The position numbers were made by a program, and so were the translations under genes. A DNA stretch of 64,000 nt from Convolutriloba macropyga. Taxonomy: Eukaryota. The notes under the pieces were generated by a model that saw only the letters and a program-made list of their open reading frames with translations, had not been told where the DNA came from and ran no database searches. Position 1 is the first letter of the stretch. Each line of letters starts with the position of its first letter. Positions 63,751 through 64,000 of the stretch are shown piece after piece. The DNA lies in contig NC_134471.1 of the NCBI RefSeq assembly GCF_964194025.1, forward strand, positions 3,782,001 through 3,846,000. Direction: 5' to 3'.

Positions 63751-64000
63751 TGAATTCTGTCTTACCTCACTCACTGTTTCTACAGAATGGATTTAAATTC
63801 TTTCACGCGTTGAATTACGCAATGTAGTGAATACGGTCAAAGGAGCGAAATCAAAAGAAACAGTTTAAACCCTTCAATAAGTCATGGTGCACTAGTTTAT
63901 CAAAGTTAACTAGTGAAAATACTAGCTGGCAGTGGTTTTGATCTGAATAGCCTTCAGTTTAGAAGCTGAATTAATTTTAATTTAAGAATCTAACTTAGAC

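Overview
AT-rich, transposon-dense animal (invertebrate-like) genomic DNA; the species cannot be identified from the sequence. Three spliced host genes can be built by hand. (1) The 5' end of a cadherin on the minus strand: signal peptide, divergent EC-like repeats, an RKRR site formed across the exon 1/2 junction, then an LDRE-containing EC repeat; the gene continues off the left edge. (2) A complete two-exon DNAJC19/TIM14 (Pam18) gene (103 aa) with a 12,017-nt intron made almost entirely of mobile or tandem DNA. (3) The 5' end of a SAMD5/SKIP-like SAM-domain gene about 550 nt downstream. Cadherin exon 1 lies in a ~7 kb tandem duplication whose second copy is a disabled but unusually similar exon. 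The rest is decayed mobile DNA: an L2/CR1-like LINE with a 2A-like remnant (two copies), a Gypsy element whose gag-pol is tandemly amplified about four times, two near-full-length PHD-ORF1 CR1/L2-like LINEs plus fragments, a CRE-type RT/RLE element, MITEs and a four-copy ~1.26 kb array of unknown origin. The most novel-looking items are two paralogous extra ORFs (WHDVINNS type, possibly SGNH-like) upstream of ORF1 in one LINE, and different ORF-junction or recoding signals among the LINEs (2A-like motif, UGA-CUAG, in-frame fusion). Identities are by-eye estimates; no database search was run.
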